The notes under the pieces: model-generated
Seen by the model: the letters and a program-made list of their open reading frames with translations, nothing else
Told to the model about the DNA's origin: nothing
The model's database searches: none
Part shown: one piece after another, positions 1 through 12,593 of the stretch
How the letters are laid out: each line of letters begins with the position of its first letter
Position numbering within the stretch: position 1 is the stretch's first letter
Position numbers and translations under genes: made by a program
Source of the DNA: Squalus acanthias
Taxonomy: Eukaryota
Assembly: GCA_030390025.1 (NCBI GenBank)
Contig: JASTWF010000362.1
Span: forward strand, 434,001 to 475,024
Length of the DNA stretch: 41,024 nt
Direction of reading: 5' to 3'

Positions 1-1637
1 GGAGGGGCAGTACTGAGGGAGTGCCGCACTGTCGGAGGGGCAGTACTGAGGGAGCGCCGCACTGTCGGAGGGGCAGTACTGAGGGAACGCTGCACTGTCG
101 GAGGGGCAGTACTGAGGGAACGCTGCACTGTCGGAGGGGCAGTACTGAGGGAGCGCTGCACTGTCGGAGGGGCAGTACTGAGGGAGTGCCGCACTGTCGG
201 AGGGGCAGTACTGAGGGAGTGCCGCACTGTCGGAGGGGCAGTACTGAGGGAGTGCCGCACTGTCGGAGGGGCAGTACTGAGGGAGCGCCGCACTGTCGGA
301 GGGGCAGTACTGAGGGAACGCTGCACTGTCGGAGGGGCAGTACTGAGGGAGCGCCGCACTGTCGGAGGGGCAGTACTGAGGGAACGCTGCACTGTCGGAG
401 GGGCAGTACTGAGGGAGCGCTGCACTGTCGGAGGGGCAGTACTGAGGGAGTGCCGCACTGTCGGAGGGGCAGTACTGAGGGAGTGCCGCACTGTCGGAGG
501 GGCAGTACTGAGGGAGCGCCGCACTGTCGGAGGGGCAGTACTGAGGGAACGCTGCACTGTCGGAGGGGCAGTACTGAGGGAGCGCTGCACTGTCGGAGGG
601 GCAGTACTGAGGGAGTGCCGCACTGTCGGAGGGGCAGTACTGAGGGAACGCTGCACTGTCGGAGGGGCAGTACTGAGGGAGCGCTGCACTGTCGGAGGGG
701 CAGTACTGAGGGAGTGCCGCACTGTCAGAGGGGCAGCACTGAGGGAGCGCTGCACTGTCGGAGGGGCAGTACTGAGGGAGCGCTGCACTGTCGGAGGGGC
801 AGTACTGAGGGAGCACCGCACTGTCGGAGGGGCAGTACTGAGGGGGGGGCAGTACTGAGGGAACGCCGCACTGTCGGAGGGGCAGTACTGAGGGACCGCT
901 GCACTGTCGGAGGGGCAGTACTGAGGGACAGCTGCACTGTCGGAGGGGCAGTACTGGGGGACCGCTGCACTGTCGGAGGGGCGGTACTGAGGGAGCGCTG
1001 CACTGTCGGAGGGGCAGTACTGGGGGACCGCTGCACTGTCGGAGGGGCTGTACTGAGGGACAGCTGCACTGTCGGAGGGGCAGTACTGAGGGAGCGCCGC
1101 ACTGTCGGAGGGGCAGTACTGAGGGAGCGCTGCACTGTCGGAGGGGCAGTGCTGAGGGAGTGCTGCACTGTCGGAGGGGCAGTACTGAGGGAGCGCCGCA
1201 CTGTCGGAGGGGCAGTGCTGAGGGAGCGCTGCACTGTCGGAGGGGCAGTACTGAGGGAGCGCCGCACTGTCGGAGGGGCAGTACTGAGGGACCGCTGCAC
1301 TGTCGGAGGGCAGTACTGAGGGAGCGCCGCACTGTCGGAGGGGCAGTACTGAGGGAGCGCCGCACTGTCGGAGGGCAGTACTGAGGGAGCGCCGCACTGT
1401 CGGAGGGGCAGTACTGAGGGAGCGCCGCACTGTCGGAGGGGCAGTACTGAGGGACCGCTGCACTGTCGGAGGGGCAGTACTGAGGGAGTGCCGCACTGTC
1501 GGAGGGGCAGTACTGAGGGACCGCTGCACTGTCGGAGGGGCAGTACTGAGGGACCGCTGCACTGTCGGAGGGGCAGTACTGAGGGAGCGCCACACTGTCA
1601 GAGGGGACAGTACTGAGGGAGCACTGCACTGTCGGAG
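1..1637 (+). repeat. 33-bp minisatellite (about 49 units, cut by window start) inside a Deu-type SINE whose body continues to about 1752
   Basis: Unit GGCAGTACTGAGGGAGCGCCGCACTGTCGGAGG. The array runs directly into the SINE body GGTGCCGCCTTTCAGATGAGATG...GAAGAAGAGCAGGG. Confidence 0.95.
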
Positions 1638-1754
1638 GTGCCGCCTTTCAGATGAGATGCTAAACTGTTCTCTCAGGTGGACATAAAAGATCCCACGGCC
1701 ATTATTTCGAAGAAGAGCAGGGACGTTCTCCCCAGTGTCCTGCCCCAATATTTG

Positions 1755-2145
1755 AAGATTAATCTTCAGGTCACAGCTGTGAGCAACCGGGAGTAAAATC
1801 AAGGGGCATAAAAAAAATTGTCTGCTTATTTCAAATTCACTTTGACATTTTAATGGCAATAGGCTGCTCAAACCTTCTAACAATGCTTGTAAATTCTCAC
1901 CAATCTAAAAGGGATATAAGTTGGAGTAAAGTCACTTCCGTCAGATCCAGTACAGCAAAAGTTCTTAGTTATAAAAATATCAGAAATGGCGTTGGGGGGG
2001 GGGTGGGGGGTTGGGGGGAAAGGGTAATGAAGAGTCCTTTTGCTTTCTGATTGACGGCAGAAGGCGGGACGGCGCGAGTGGGGGCGGGGCGGTTGGAGTC
2101 AGAAGGTCATGTGATGATAGGCGCAACCATAGTTGGCAACCCCTA
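1755..2145. mobile_element. hAT-like MITE, partial copy with right TIR
   Basis: Ends in GTTGGCAACCCCTA, the exact reverse complement of TAGGGGTTGCCAAC at 9315. Internal GAAGATTAATCT...CAACCGGGAG matches 9361-9405. Confidence 0.75.
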
Positions 2146-2164
2146 CACGTTCCTGTTATTTTTT

Positions 2165-2842
2165 TTAGTCATTCATGGGATGTGGGCGTCGCTGGCAAGG
2201 CCAGCATTTATTGCCCATCCCTAATTGCCCTTGAGAAGGTGGTGTTGAGCCGCCTTCTTGAACCGCTGCAGTCCGTGTGGTGAAGGTACTCCCACAGTGC
2301 TGTTAGGGAGGGAGTTCCAGGATTTTGACCCAGTGACGATGAAGGAACAGCCGATATATTTCCAAGTCAGGGATGGTGTGTGACTTGGAGGGGAACTTGG
2401 AGGTGGTGGTGTTCCCATGCGCCTGCTGCCCTGTCCTTCTAGGTGGAAGAGGTCGCGGGTTTGGGAGGTGCTGCTGAAGAAGACTTGGCGAGTTGCTGCA
2501 GTGCATCTTGGAGATGGTACACACTGCAGCCACGGTACGCCGGTGGTGGTGGGAGTGACTGTTTAAGGTGGTGGATGGGGTGCCAATCAAGTGGGCTGCT
2601 TTGTCCTGGATGGTGTCGAGCTTCTTGAGTGTTGTTGGAGCTGCACTCATCCAGGCAAGTGGAGAGTATTCCATCACACTCCTGACTCGTGCCTTGTAGA
2701 TGGTGGAAAGGCTTTCGGGGAGTCAGGAGGTGAGACACTCGCCGCAGAATACCCAGCCTCTGACCTGCTCTTGTAGCCACAGTATTTATGTGGCTGGTCC
2801 AGTTAAGTTTCTGGTCAATGGTGACCCCCAGGATGTTGATGG
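2165..2842 (-). mobile_element. CR1/L2-superfamily LINE, 5'-truncated 3' fragment (family B)
   Basis: ORF2 C-terminus: ILGVTIDQKLNWTSHI, MEYSPLAWMSAAPTTLKKLDTIQDKA, SWNSLP, FKKAA. Same family at 11353-11565, 27311-27815, 32690-32862 and 36745-37233. Confidence 0.88.
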
Positions 2843-2864
2843 ATTCCAATTCTCTTCCCCACAG

Positions 2865-3021
2865 CTGCTTTCGGAGAGTCAGGTTAACTTGGTTAAGGTC
2901 GTGGGCTCGGTGAGCGACGCACTGGACTCCCTTCAGAGAGGACAGGGAGCCATGAAGTCCCATGTGAAGGCCGACCTGGTGAAGGGACCAGCCAGACCCC
3001 GGCCCAGGAACTGCCTGAACG
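2865..3021 (+). CDS. FIBCD1: FIBCD1 internal coding exon (coiled-coil end and basic stalk)
   Basis: Acceptor ttctcttccccacag|CTG, donor AACG|gtgagt. 157 nt, phase 0 to 1. Encodes LLSESQVNLVKVVGSVSDALDSLQRGQGAMKSHVKADLVKGPARPRPRNCLN(G), recognisably similar to human FIBCD1 LLSESQGHMAHLVNSVSDILDALQRD...KADLQRAPARGTRPRGC. Confidence 0.92.
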
Positions 3022-3171
3022 GTGAGTCTGACAGCACCCTCGCCTTCGCTCGTCCCATCACCTCCTTCAACCCGCCTCACTCGTCCTTCATTCCTCCCCG
3101 CTTTGGTGCAGCTCCCACTTCACTCGCAGCACGCAGGAGACTGAAGGATCGAACCTTTCCCATGCTTGATC

Positions 3172-3202
<31 letters not shown>

Positions 3203-3392
3203 AGAAATAGAGAGAGAGAAAGAGAGAGAAAGAGAGAGAAAAAGAGAGAGAAAGAGAGCGAAAGAACGAGAGAGAAAGAGAAAGAAATAGAGAGAGAGAA
3301 AGAGAGAGAAAAAGAGAGAGAGAAAGAACAAGAGAATGAGAGAGAACGAGAGAGAGAGAAAGAACGAGAGAGAAAGAGAAAGAAAGGGAGAA

Positions 3393-3427
<35 letters not shown>

Positions 3428-3470
3428 ATGAGAGAGAGAGAAAGAACGAGAGAGAAAGAGAAAGAAAGCA

Positions 3471-3501
<31 letters not shown>

Positions 3502-3673
3502 AAGGGAGAGAAAGAACAAGAGAAAGAGAGAGAGAACGAGAGAAAGAGAGAAAGAAAGCGAGAGAGAGAAAGAGAGAGAGAGAAAGAGAGAGAGAAAGAG
3601 AGACAAAAAGAGAGAGAAAGAACGAGAGAAAGAGAGAGAAAACGAGTGAGAGAAAGAAAGAGAGAAAGAGAAA
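3172..3673. repeat. GA-rich polypurine simple repeat
   Basis: About 500 nt of degenerate (GA)n/(GAGAAA)n. Confidence 0.97.
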
Positions 3674-3679
3674 AATTAT

Positions 3680-4104
3680 TTCTACAGCACCTTTCAGGAT
3701 GTCCCAAAGCGCTTTACAGCCAATGAAGTACTTTTGAAGTGTTGTCACTGTTGTAATGTAGGAAATGCGGCAGCCAATTTGCGCACAGCAAGCTCCCACA
3801 AACAGCAGTGTGATAATGATCAGATAATCTGTTTTTTTTTGGTAATGTTGATTGAGGGATAAATATTGGCCCAGGACACCGGGGAGAACTCCCCTGCTCT
3901 TCTTCAAAATATTGCCACGGGATCTGTTACGTCCACCGGAGAGAGCAGACGGGGCCTCGGTTTAACGTCTCATCCGAAAGACGGCGCCTCCAACAGTGCA
4001 GCGCTCCCTCAGCACTGCACTGGAGTGTCAGCCTAGATTTTTGTGCTCAAGTTCCTGGAGTGGGGACTTGCAGAGGCGAGAGTGCGACCCACTGAGCCAC
4101 AGCT
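3680..4104 (-). mobile_element. tRNA-derived Deu-domain SINE (SacSINE1/AmnSINE1-like), monomeric copy
   Basis: Minus strand has an A-box head TGGCTCAGTGG, core GGCGCCGTCTTTCGGATGAGACGTTAAACCGAGG and an L2-like tail. Family name from recalled similarity. Confidence 0.85.
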
Positions 4105-4309
4105 ATAAAAGTTATGGGCCTTGCCAATTCCAGCCTGAATCATGAAATGAGGTGGGTTTAAGACAAGCGGCACTTACACACGAGAGGGAAGTGAGAGGGG
4201 TTAACTGATACGGGAGAACTGAGACGGTCGGCCAGAGTCAGTCAGTGCTCTGACTGGACATCATACTAACAGGATTGCAAAGGGACCATTTCTACCAATC
4301 ATAGATATG

Positions 4310-4905
4310 CAATAACAACAACAACTCGTATTTATATAGCGCCTTTAACATAGTAAAAGTGCCCCAAGGTGCTTCACAGGAGCGATTATCAAACAAAGTT
4401 TGACACCGAGCCACGAAAGGAGATATTAGGACAGGTGACTAAAAGCTTGGTCAAAGAGGGAGGTTTTAAGGAGCGTCTTAAAAGTGGAAAGAGAGGTAGA
4501 GAGGCGGAGAGGTTTAGGGAGGGAATTCTAGAGCTGAGGGCAGCTGAAGGCACGGCCGCTAATGGTGGAGCGATTAAAATCGGGGATGTTCAAAAGGCCA
4601 GATTAGGCGGAACGCAGAGATCTCAGAGGGTTGGAGGGCTGGAGGAGGTTCCAAAGACAGGGAGGGGCAGAGGCCCTGGAGGGATTTGAACACAAGGATG
4701 AGAATTTTAAATTCGAGGCGTTGCCGGACCGGGAGCCAATGTGGGTCAGCGAGCAGAGGGGGTGATGGGTGAACGGGACTCGGTGAGAGTTAGGACACAG
4801 GGGGCAGCAGAGCTTTGAATGAGCTCGAGTTCATGGAGGGTGGAAGATGGGAGGCCGGCCAGGACAGCGTTGGAATAGTCGAGTCTGGGGGTAACAAAGG
4901 AATGG
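4310..4905 (-). mobile_element. L2-like LINE 3' fragment
   Basis: Minus strand ends AAAGGCGCTATATAAATACGAG(TTG)n. Homologous copies at 8660-9290 and 34085-34795. The terminus resembles the Deu-SINE tail. Confidence 0.78.
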
Positions 4906-5227
4906 ATGTGGGTTGGGAATATTTTTGTCAGTTCTTAGGTGGCCGACTGGATGTTGAATCCGCATCGAGTCTCTCTGCTTACATTAAAGACACATCATGT
5001 TCATGCAGTGTGGCGTGGGTGTTGGACTCGTGAGGAGCAGGACACTGCCTGCCTTGCAGTCCCATTTAAAGGTGATAATTGCACAAAAATATTCTAAGCA
5101 GTGAATGTCTGGGGACCTGTGTTTAATTCTGAAGTCTGGTGCCTGTCTTCCCATCTGTCTCCATTTACAACCAATCAGTTCTTAATCTTAACCATTTTCA
5201 TTCCACGCTGAGTTCTTTAATGAACTT

Positions 5228-5425
5228 CAGCCAAGGCTCAGTGGGTGGCACTCTTGCTTCTGAGTCAGAGATTGTGGCTTTAAGTCCCACTCCAAGGCAA
5301 ATTGGCCGCCGTGTTTCCTACATTACAACAGTGACTACACTTCAGAAAGTACTTCATTGGCTGTGAAGCGCTTTGGGACGTCCTGAGGTTGCGAAAGGCG
5401 CTATAGAAATGCAAGTCTTTCTTTC
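5228..5425 (+). mobile_element. Deu-SINE, internally deleted copy
   Basis: Head GGCTCAGTGGGTGGCACTCTTGCTTCTGAGTCAG joined directly to the tail region ...AAAGGCGCTATAGAAATGCAAGTCTTTC. Confidence 0.8.
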
Positions 5426-5535
5426 AGCTCTCCACTTTTCTAATCTTTAATAATCTTTTTCATTCCAAGTGCTCTGATGGTCATTATCAATGAGCTGACT
5501 AAGCCCTCTCTTTCTCCTTTGGAAACCCCCTGCAG

Positions 5536-5672
5536 GCCCTCGCCCCAGAGACTGCCATGATATCTACATGAAGGGACAGAAGGAGAATGGAATCTATTCC
5601 ATTTTCCCTACTCACTATCCGGCAGGATTTCAAGTCTCCTGTGATATGACAGTGGCCGGGGGAGGCTGGACA
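5536..5672 (+). CDS. FIBCD1: FIBCD1 coding exon, start of the fibrinogen-related (FReD) domain
   Basis: Acceptor cccctgcag|GC, donor ACA|gtaagt. 137 nt, phase 1 to 0. Encodes (G)PRPRDCHDIYMKGQKENGIYSIFPTHYPAGFQVSCDMTVAGGGWT; FPTHYPAGFQV is characteristic of FIBCD1. Confidence 0.96.
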
Positions 5673-5732
5673 GTAAGTAGTCGATCCCAATTTGCAAAAT
5701 CAAATGTTGAATCTTATCTTTTTTGTGAAATT

Positions 5733-7300
5733 CCATCCTATCTCCCAATCCCATTGCATCCTATCTCCCAATCCCATTGCATCCTATCTCCCAATCCCAT
5801 TGCATCCTATCTCCCAAATCCCATTCCATCCTCTCTCCCATTCCAATTCCATTCTATTCCATCTCCATATTGTATTCCATTCTATCTTCTAATCCCATTC
5901 CATTTTATCTCCCAATCCCATTCCATTCTATCGCTCAATCCCATTCCATTCTATCTTCTAATCCCATTCCATTCTATCTTCTAATCCCATTCCATCCTAT
6001 CTCCCAATCCCATTCCATTCTATCGCTCAATCCCATTCCATCCTATCTCCCAATCCCATTCCATTCTATCGCTCAATCCCATTCCATTCTATCTTCTAAT
6101 CCCATTCCATTCTATCTTCTAATCCCATTGCATCCTATCTCCCAATCCCATTGCATCCTATCTCCCAAATCCCATTCCATCCTCTCTCCCATTCCAATTC
6201 CATTCTATTCCATCTCCATATTGTATTCCATTCTATCTTCTAATCCCTTTCCATCCTATCTCCCAATCCCATTCCATTCTATCGCTCAATCCCATTCCAT
6301 TCTATCTTCTAATCCCATTCCATTCTATCTTCTAATCTCATTCCATCCTATCTCCCAATCCCATTCCATTCTATCGCTCAATCCCATTCCATCCTATCTC
6401 CCAATCCCATTCCATTCTATCGCTCAATCCCATTCCATTCTATCTTCTAATCCCATTCCATTCTATCTTCTAATCCCATTCCATCCTATCTCCCAATCCC
6501 ATTCCATTCTATCGCTCAATCCCATTCCATCCTATCTCCCAATCCCATTCCATTCTATCGATCAATCCCATTCCATTCTATCTTCTAATCCCATTCCATT
6601 CTATCTTCTAATCCCATTCCATTCTATCGCTCAATCCCATTCCATTCTATCTTCTAATCCCATTCCATTCTATCTTCTAATCCCATTCCATCCTATCTCC
6701 CAATCCCATTCCATTCTATTGATCAATCCCATTCCATTCTATCTTCTAATCCCATTCCATTCTATCGCTCAATTCCATTCCATTCTATCTTCTAATCCCA
6801 TTCCATTCTATCTTCTAATCCCATTCCATTCTATCTTCTAATCCCATTCCATTCTATCGCTCAATCCCATTCCATTCTATCTTCTAATCCCATTCCATTC
6901 TATCTTCTAATCCCATTCCATCCTATCTCCATCCCATCCTCTCCCATCTTCTAATCCCATTCCATTCTATCTTCTAATCCCATTCCATCCTATCTCCCAA
7001 TCCCATTCCATTCTATTGATCAATCCCATTCCATTCTATCTTCTAATCCCATTCCATTCTATCGCTCAATTCCATTCCATTCTATCTTCTAATCCCATTC
7101 CATTCTATCTTCTAATCCCATTCCATTCTATCTTCTAATCCCATTCCATTCTATCTTCTAATCCCATTCCATTCTATCTTCTAATCCCATTCCATCCTAT
7201 CTCCCAATCCCATTCCATTCTATCGCTCAATTCCATTCCATCCTCTCTCCCACTCCAATTCCATTGTATTCCATCTCCATATTGTATTCCATTCTCTCTC
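5733..7300. repeat. About 23-bp CCATT-rich minisatellite with variant units
   Basis: Units AATCCCATTCCATTCTATCTTCT, ...CCTATCTCCC and ...TCTATCGCTC interspersed. Confidence 0.95.
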
Positions 7301-7639
7301 CCCAGTCCAGTTCCCTTCTATTTCCTCAATCTCAATCTGTTTATATGTCCGCCCACTAATATCGCTTATAATCTATTTCTAGTCATTTCCAGGCTCAGGG
7401 CTCATTATTTTCCAAAATACTTCAGGCTGGGGTGGTCCTCAGTGGTTCCTGTCTGGCCCTCAAGTCTCGACAATCCAGTTCACCAAGCCCAGGCACCTTG
7501 GTTCCACTTTGATGTTTCTAATTGTTATTCGCTGGTGCGTCCTGTTTGGCTGGCCTGTGTCTGCTGGTTTGGAATGGGCTGGTCTTAGCACTATGGCCTC
7601 ATTGATGGTTGAGCCCTAAATCAGAATCAGCTGCCTGAA

Positions 7640-8240
7640 ATATTACATAGAATTACATAGAGTGTACAGCACAGAAACAGGCCATTCGGTGTTTGGTCCA
7701 TGCTGGTGTTTGTGCTCCACACGAGCCTCCTCCCACTCTATTTTCTTCATCTAACCCCATCAACATATCCTTCTATTCCTTTCTCCCTCATGTGTTTATC
7801 CAGCTTCCCCATAAATGCATCTAAACTATTCGCCTCAACCACTCCCTGTGGTAGCGAGTTCCACATTCTCACCACTCTCTGGGTAAAGAAGTTTCTCCTG
7901 AATTCCCTATTGGTGACTATCTTATATTTATGTCCTCTAGTTTTGATCTCTCCCACAAGTGGAAACATCTTCTCTACGCCTACCTCATCAAACCACTGTG
8001 GAGGCTCAGTCGTTTAGTATATTCAAGACAGAGATCAATAGATTTTTTAATATTAAGGGATATGGGGATTGGGCGGGAAGGTGGAGTTGAGGTAGAAGAT
8101 CAGCCATGATCTTATTGAATGGCAGAGTAGGCTCGAGGGGCCAAATGGCCGACTCCTATTTCTTATGTTCTTATGTAATCTTAAAGACCTCTATCAGGTC
8201 ACCCCTCAGTCTTCTCTTTTCTAGAGAAAATCCTGTTCAG
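7640..8240 (-). mobile_element. CR1 3' fragment with a + strand CR1 3' end nested at about 7996-8176
   Basis: Minus ORF ...TRGHKYKI...FFTQRVVRMWNSLP. The inner piece ends in TTCTTATGTTCTTATG. Confidence 0.85.
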
Positions 8241-8659
8241 TCTTTTTTTGACAGCTGTACTTTCTGCAAATTAATAGGGCCATAGCTTTTAACCCTCTGT
8301 ACATGCTGTATCACCCGTCCTGATGTGGACCTACAAGGACATAAAACTGGAACATTTCTGCTGTTGATGTTATGAATCAAAGGCACCTGTCATCTTCAGC
8401 CCACTCTCCTCCATTTGGAATGAGAATGTTTAGAAGCAGAGAATTTTTATTTTTTTTAAACCTGTTTTTGTAAAGCACTTAAAGTCCTAAAGCAGTTCGA
8501 ATTCCCCAGGCTTATCTGTCACGTCACATCGAGTTCAGGCTGTTACGTTAAAAACTTCTATTTTCAACATCCAGATGAAAGCAGCCTTTCCCCCACTGCG
8601 GAGACTCTCCGCCTACCCACTCGCTGTTTACCAACCGATCTCTTTTAGAATTCCCCAGT

Positions 8660-9290
8660 GTGGGCCTCAGTGGATCTCTGCGCTCTTCCAATTCTGGCCT
8701 CGTGCGCATCCCACCATTGGCGGCCGTGCCTTCAGCTGCCGGGGCCCTAAGCTCTGGACTTCCCTCCCTAAACCTCTCCGCCGCTCTCTCCTCCTTTAAG
8801 ATGCCGTCTTTCGGATGAGACGTTAAACCGAGGCCCCGTCTGCCCTCTCGGGTGGACGTAAAAGATCCCGCGGCACTATTTCGAAGAAGAGCAGGGGAGT
8901 TCTCCCCGGTGTCCTGGGGCCAATATTTATCCCTCAATCAACATCACTAAAAACAGATGATCTGGTCATTATCACATTGCTGTTTGTGGGAGCTTGCTGT
9001 GCGCAAATTGGCTACCGCGTTTCCTACATTACAACAGTGACTACACTTCAAAATGTACTCCATTGGCTGTAAAGCGCTTTGGGACATCCTGAGGGTGTGA
9101 AAGGCGCTATCGAAATGCAAGTCTTTCTTTCTTTTAAAACCTACCACTTTGACCAAGCTTTTGGTCACCTGTCCTAATATCTTCTTATGTGGCTCGGGGG
9201 TCAAATTTTGTTTGATAATCGCCCCTGTGAAGCCCCTTGGGGCGTTTTACTACGTTAAAGGTGCGATATATATGCGAGCTGTTGTTGTAT
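8660..9290 (+). mobile_element. L2-like 3' fragment interrupted by a Deu-SINE (about 8801-9133)
   Basis: L2-like sequence stops at CTCCTTTAAGATGC and resumes at TTAAAACCTACCACTTTGACC after the SINE tail. Confidence 0.8.
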
Positions 9291-9314
9291 TAGAGCAGGC
9301 GCTTACACTGGGAC

Positions 9315-10528
9315 TAGGGGTTGCCAACCCTCCAGGATTGGCCTGGAGTCTCCAGGAATCGAAGATTAATCTCCCGGTCACTGGCCGCGGGCAACAACCG
9401 GGAGAAAAATCACAGGGGCCTCAAAAAGAGGATGTGTTTTGTTCATTTTCTTTGAACACTTTTGTTTTATTATTTATAAAAGTATTGAAGGTGGGGAAAG
9501 AAGGCTGTTTGACCGAGAGCCGAGAATCATCCAATCAGGTAATGAAGAGTCTGTCAGCTGATAGATTAAACGAATGAGCAAAACCTGTGGCAAATAGATT
9601 TCAATGTCGGCAAATGTGAGCTCTTCCACTGAGGACCTAAAAAGGATAGAACAGGGTACTTTCTAATTGGTGAAAGGCTAGAAACAGTGGAGATCCAAAG
9701 AGACTTGGGGGGTCCAGGTACATCGATCATTAAAATGTCATCAACAGGTACAGAAAATAATCAGAAGGGCTAATGGAATGCTGGCCTTTATATCTAGAAT
9801 ACAAGGGGGTAGAAGTTATGCTGCAGCTTAGACCACACCTGGAGCACTGTGAGCAGTTCTGGGCACCACACCTTAGGAAGGATATATTGGCCTTGGAGGG
9901 AGTGCAGCGTAGGTTTACCAGAATGATACCTGGACTCCAAGGGTTAAATTACGAGGAGAGATTACACAAACTAGGGTTGTATTCCCTGGAATTTAGAAGG
10001 TTAAGGGGTGATCTGATCAAAGTTTTCAAGATATTAAGGGGAACAGAGAGGGTAGATGGAGAGAAACTATTTCCGCTGGTTGGGGAGTCTAGGACTAGGG
10101 GGCATAGTCTAAAAATTAGAGCCAGGCCTTTCAGGAGTGAAGTTAGGAAACACTTCTACACACAAAGGGTGGTAGAAGTTTGGAACTCTCTTCCACAAAC
10201 GGCAATTGATGCTGGAACAATTGTTGATTTTAAATCTGAGATTGATAGCTTTTTTGTTAACCGAAGGTATTAAGGGATATGGGGCAAAGGCAGGGTATAT
10301 GGAGTTAGATCGCAGATCAGCCATGATCTCATTGAATGGCGGAACAGGCTCGAGGGGCTGAATGGCCTCCTCCTGTTCCTATGTTCTGATTCGCCTGGGA
10401 AGGCGGTGCCTGCAATGGATTGACATGTCGGGCGACCAATGGCAGGAGAGCGGGGGCGGGGCAGTTGGAGGCAGCAGGTCATGTGATGAAATCTCCAGGA
10501 ATGTGTCCAACCAGAGCTGGCCACCCTA
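9315..10528. mobile_element. hAT-like MITE with both TIRs, interrupted by a CR1 fragment
   Basis: Left TIR TAGGGGTTGCCAACC, right TIR GAGCTGGCCACCCTA. Halves match copies at 1755-2145 and 35181-36193. TAGGG(G)TTGCCA termini resemble hAT/Blackjack. No clean 8-bp TSD (flanks match 5/8). Confidence 0.75.
9560..10388 (+). mobile_element. CR1 LINE 3' fragment (ORF2 C-terminus and 3' UTR)
   Basis: RPHLEHCEQFWAPHLRKDI...RLRGDLIKVFKI...TRGH...WNSLP. Tail GTTCCTATGTTC. Confidence 0.92.
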
Positions 10529-11139
10529 ATTTGGGCATGCGAGGGACAACCTCGTTTCATAGCCTTCGATGCAGAATCTCGTTTGAGAAGTTCTGAAAAC
10601 GTGTGTATTCCTCATTTATTTATCAGATTCTTTTATTCATCCTCTCTGTTAGGATCTTGACACTACCCCCGCACCCCCCCCCCCGGCCCATGTCAAGCAC
10701 TCTTCCCCAAATACAAAGGACGGGCAACCAACCCGCTCCAGGGAATCCAATAAATACTTGAAAAGGAAGATTTTGCAGGGCTACGGGGAAAGAGGAGGGG
10801 AGGGGGGGAGTGGGACTAATTAGGGAGCTCGTTCAATGAGCCGGCATAGGAATGATGGGCCGAATGGCCTCCTTCTGTGCCGTGCGATCTTCCAAGTCGA
10901 AAATCGAGCCCCCCCCCCCCGCCCACGGCCCCCGTACCTCAGATAATGCCAGACTATCTCCCCCTCCGCCCCCACCCATTACAGAGCGACATTTTAAGAC
11001 CAATCGCCTCTTAAAACCAACGCATGTCATGATGCTTTGCCTACTCTCGAGTCCAGAACTCCAGCCCTGTCGCTGATATATAATCCGATGGGAATCTGGA
11101 CAAAATGTCTTGGCCCTTTCCCACACATTTCAAGTGGGT

Positions 11140-11813
11140 AGAAAGAAAGACGTGCTTTTCTACAGCACCTTTCAGGACCTTACAAAGCGCTTTACAGCCA
11201 ATGAAGTACTTTTTGAAGTGTAGTCACTGTTGTAATGTAGGAAACACGGCAGCCAATCTACGTGCAGCAAGCTCCCACAAACAGCAATGTGATAATGACC
11301 AGATAATCTGTTTTTAGCAATGTTGATTGAGGGATAAATATTGGCCTGGACCTCCAAGTTCCCCTCGAAGTCACACACCATCCTTCATCGTCGCTGGGTC
11401 AAAATCCTGGAACTCCCTCCCTAACAGCGCTGTGGGAGTACCTTCACCACATGGACTGCAGCGGTTCAAGAAGGTGGCTCACCACCACCTTCTCAAGGGC
11501 TAACTAGGGATGGGCAATGAATGCTGGCCTTGCCAGCGACGCCCACATCCCAGGAACGAATAAAAACTCCCCTGCTCTTCTTCGAAATAGTGCCGTGGGA
11601 TCTTTTATGTCCACCTGAGAGAGCAGACGGGGGCCTCGGTTTAACGTCACATCCCAAAGATGGCACCTCCGACAGTGCGGCGCTCCCTCAGTACTGTACT
11701 GGAGTGTCAGCCTGGATTTTTGTGCTCAAGTCTCTGGAGTGGGACTTGAACCCACAACCTTCTGACTCTGAGAGCGAGAGAGAGAGAGTGCTGCCCACTG
11801 AGCCACAGCTGAC
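11140..11813 (-). mobile_element. Deu-SINE split by a family-B LINE 3' end (about 11353-11565, + strand)
   Basis: SINE stops at ATATTGGCCTGGAC and resumes at AACTCCCCTGCTCTTC. Confidence 0.82.
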
Positions 11814-12593
11814 GCCCTCTAACAGGGGACGAGAAAGCCTCCTCCATTCTCAAAGACTTTGCTGGTTCACGTGAACGAGCAGAAGGAAGGAAGCAGTTTT
11901 AGTGGAGTCCACTTTTTCTGCATCTGTTTTCATCACACGTCGCTCAGCCTCATGAACCCCCTCAGCTCGCAGCAGTATCGAGCCAAGTGCTAATGAAGCT
12001 CTGAGTTGTAGTAATGGCCTGGGAGTACCCCCACTCATCGACTGAGAAAATCCTGCCCTTCCACACTCTCCTTTCACTTCAAAGAGGAAGCAGCATTAAG
12101 GCAGACTGGCGGGATTAGTGTAGCCAAGGTTTTTGATGGACTCTGAAAGGAAATCCGTGGGGAGAGAATCTCTTCTATTACATGTTCTGGCTTCTGTACT
12201 TTTGCTCTTTGCAGCGGGAGGGCTGGAGATCTATCGCTAGCGGTTCCCGTGTTTATACCTTTTGGTATACCGCCGCAACAATGTACGTCACGGGTGAGGG
12301 AGGCCATTCGGCCCCTCTAGAAACCTACAGGTCCCCCCCACCCCCGGCCTCGGTCACAGCATCTAACTGCTTCTTGAATCAATGGCGATATTTTTCATCA
12401 CTCTCTCTGTGTTAAGAAGTGCTCTCTGACATCAGCCCTGAACTCGCCTGTTACCGGCTCGCAGCTGTCGTCTGGTCCTGCCGTCATGGTTTGACTTGAA
12501 ATCGTGACTCGGGATTTACCCTTTGCATCCGGTCTGAGTATCACATGTCCCTCCAGTGGGTCGCAAGCAGATGTTATGTTTGCCTTTCTATCT

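Noticed and set aside
21..1384. Long ORFs of HCRRGSTEGAP / TVGGAVLRERR repeats (also at 14379-14846, 19170-19811 and 29651-30298)
   Set aside because: Translations of a stop-free 33-bp SINE-derived minisatellite, open in several frames on both strands, with no splice or domain evidence.
3077..6841. Ser/Leu/Phe-rich and Ile/Pro-rich ORFs
   Set aside because: Translations of the GA tract and the 23-bp minisatellite.
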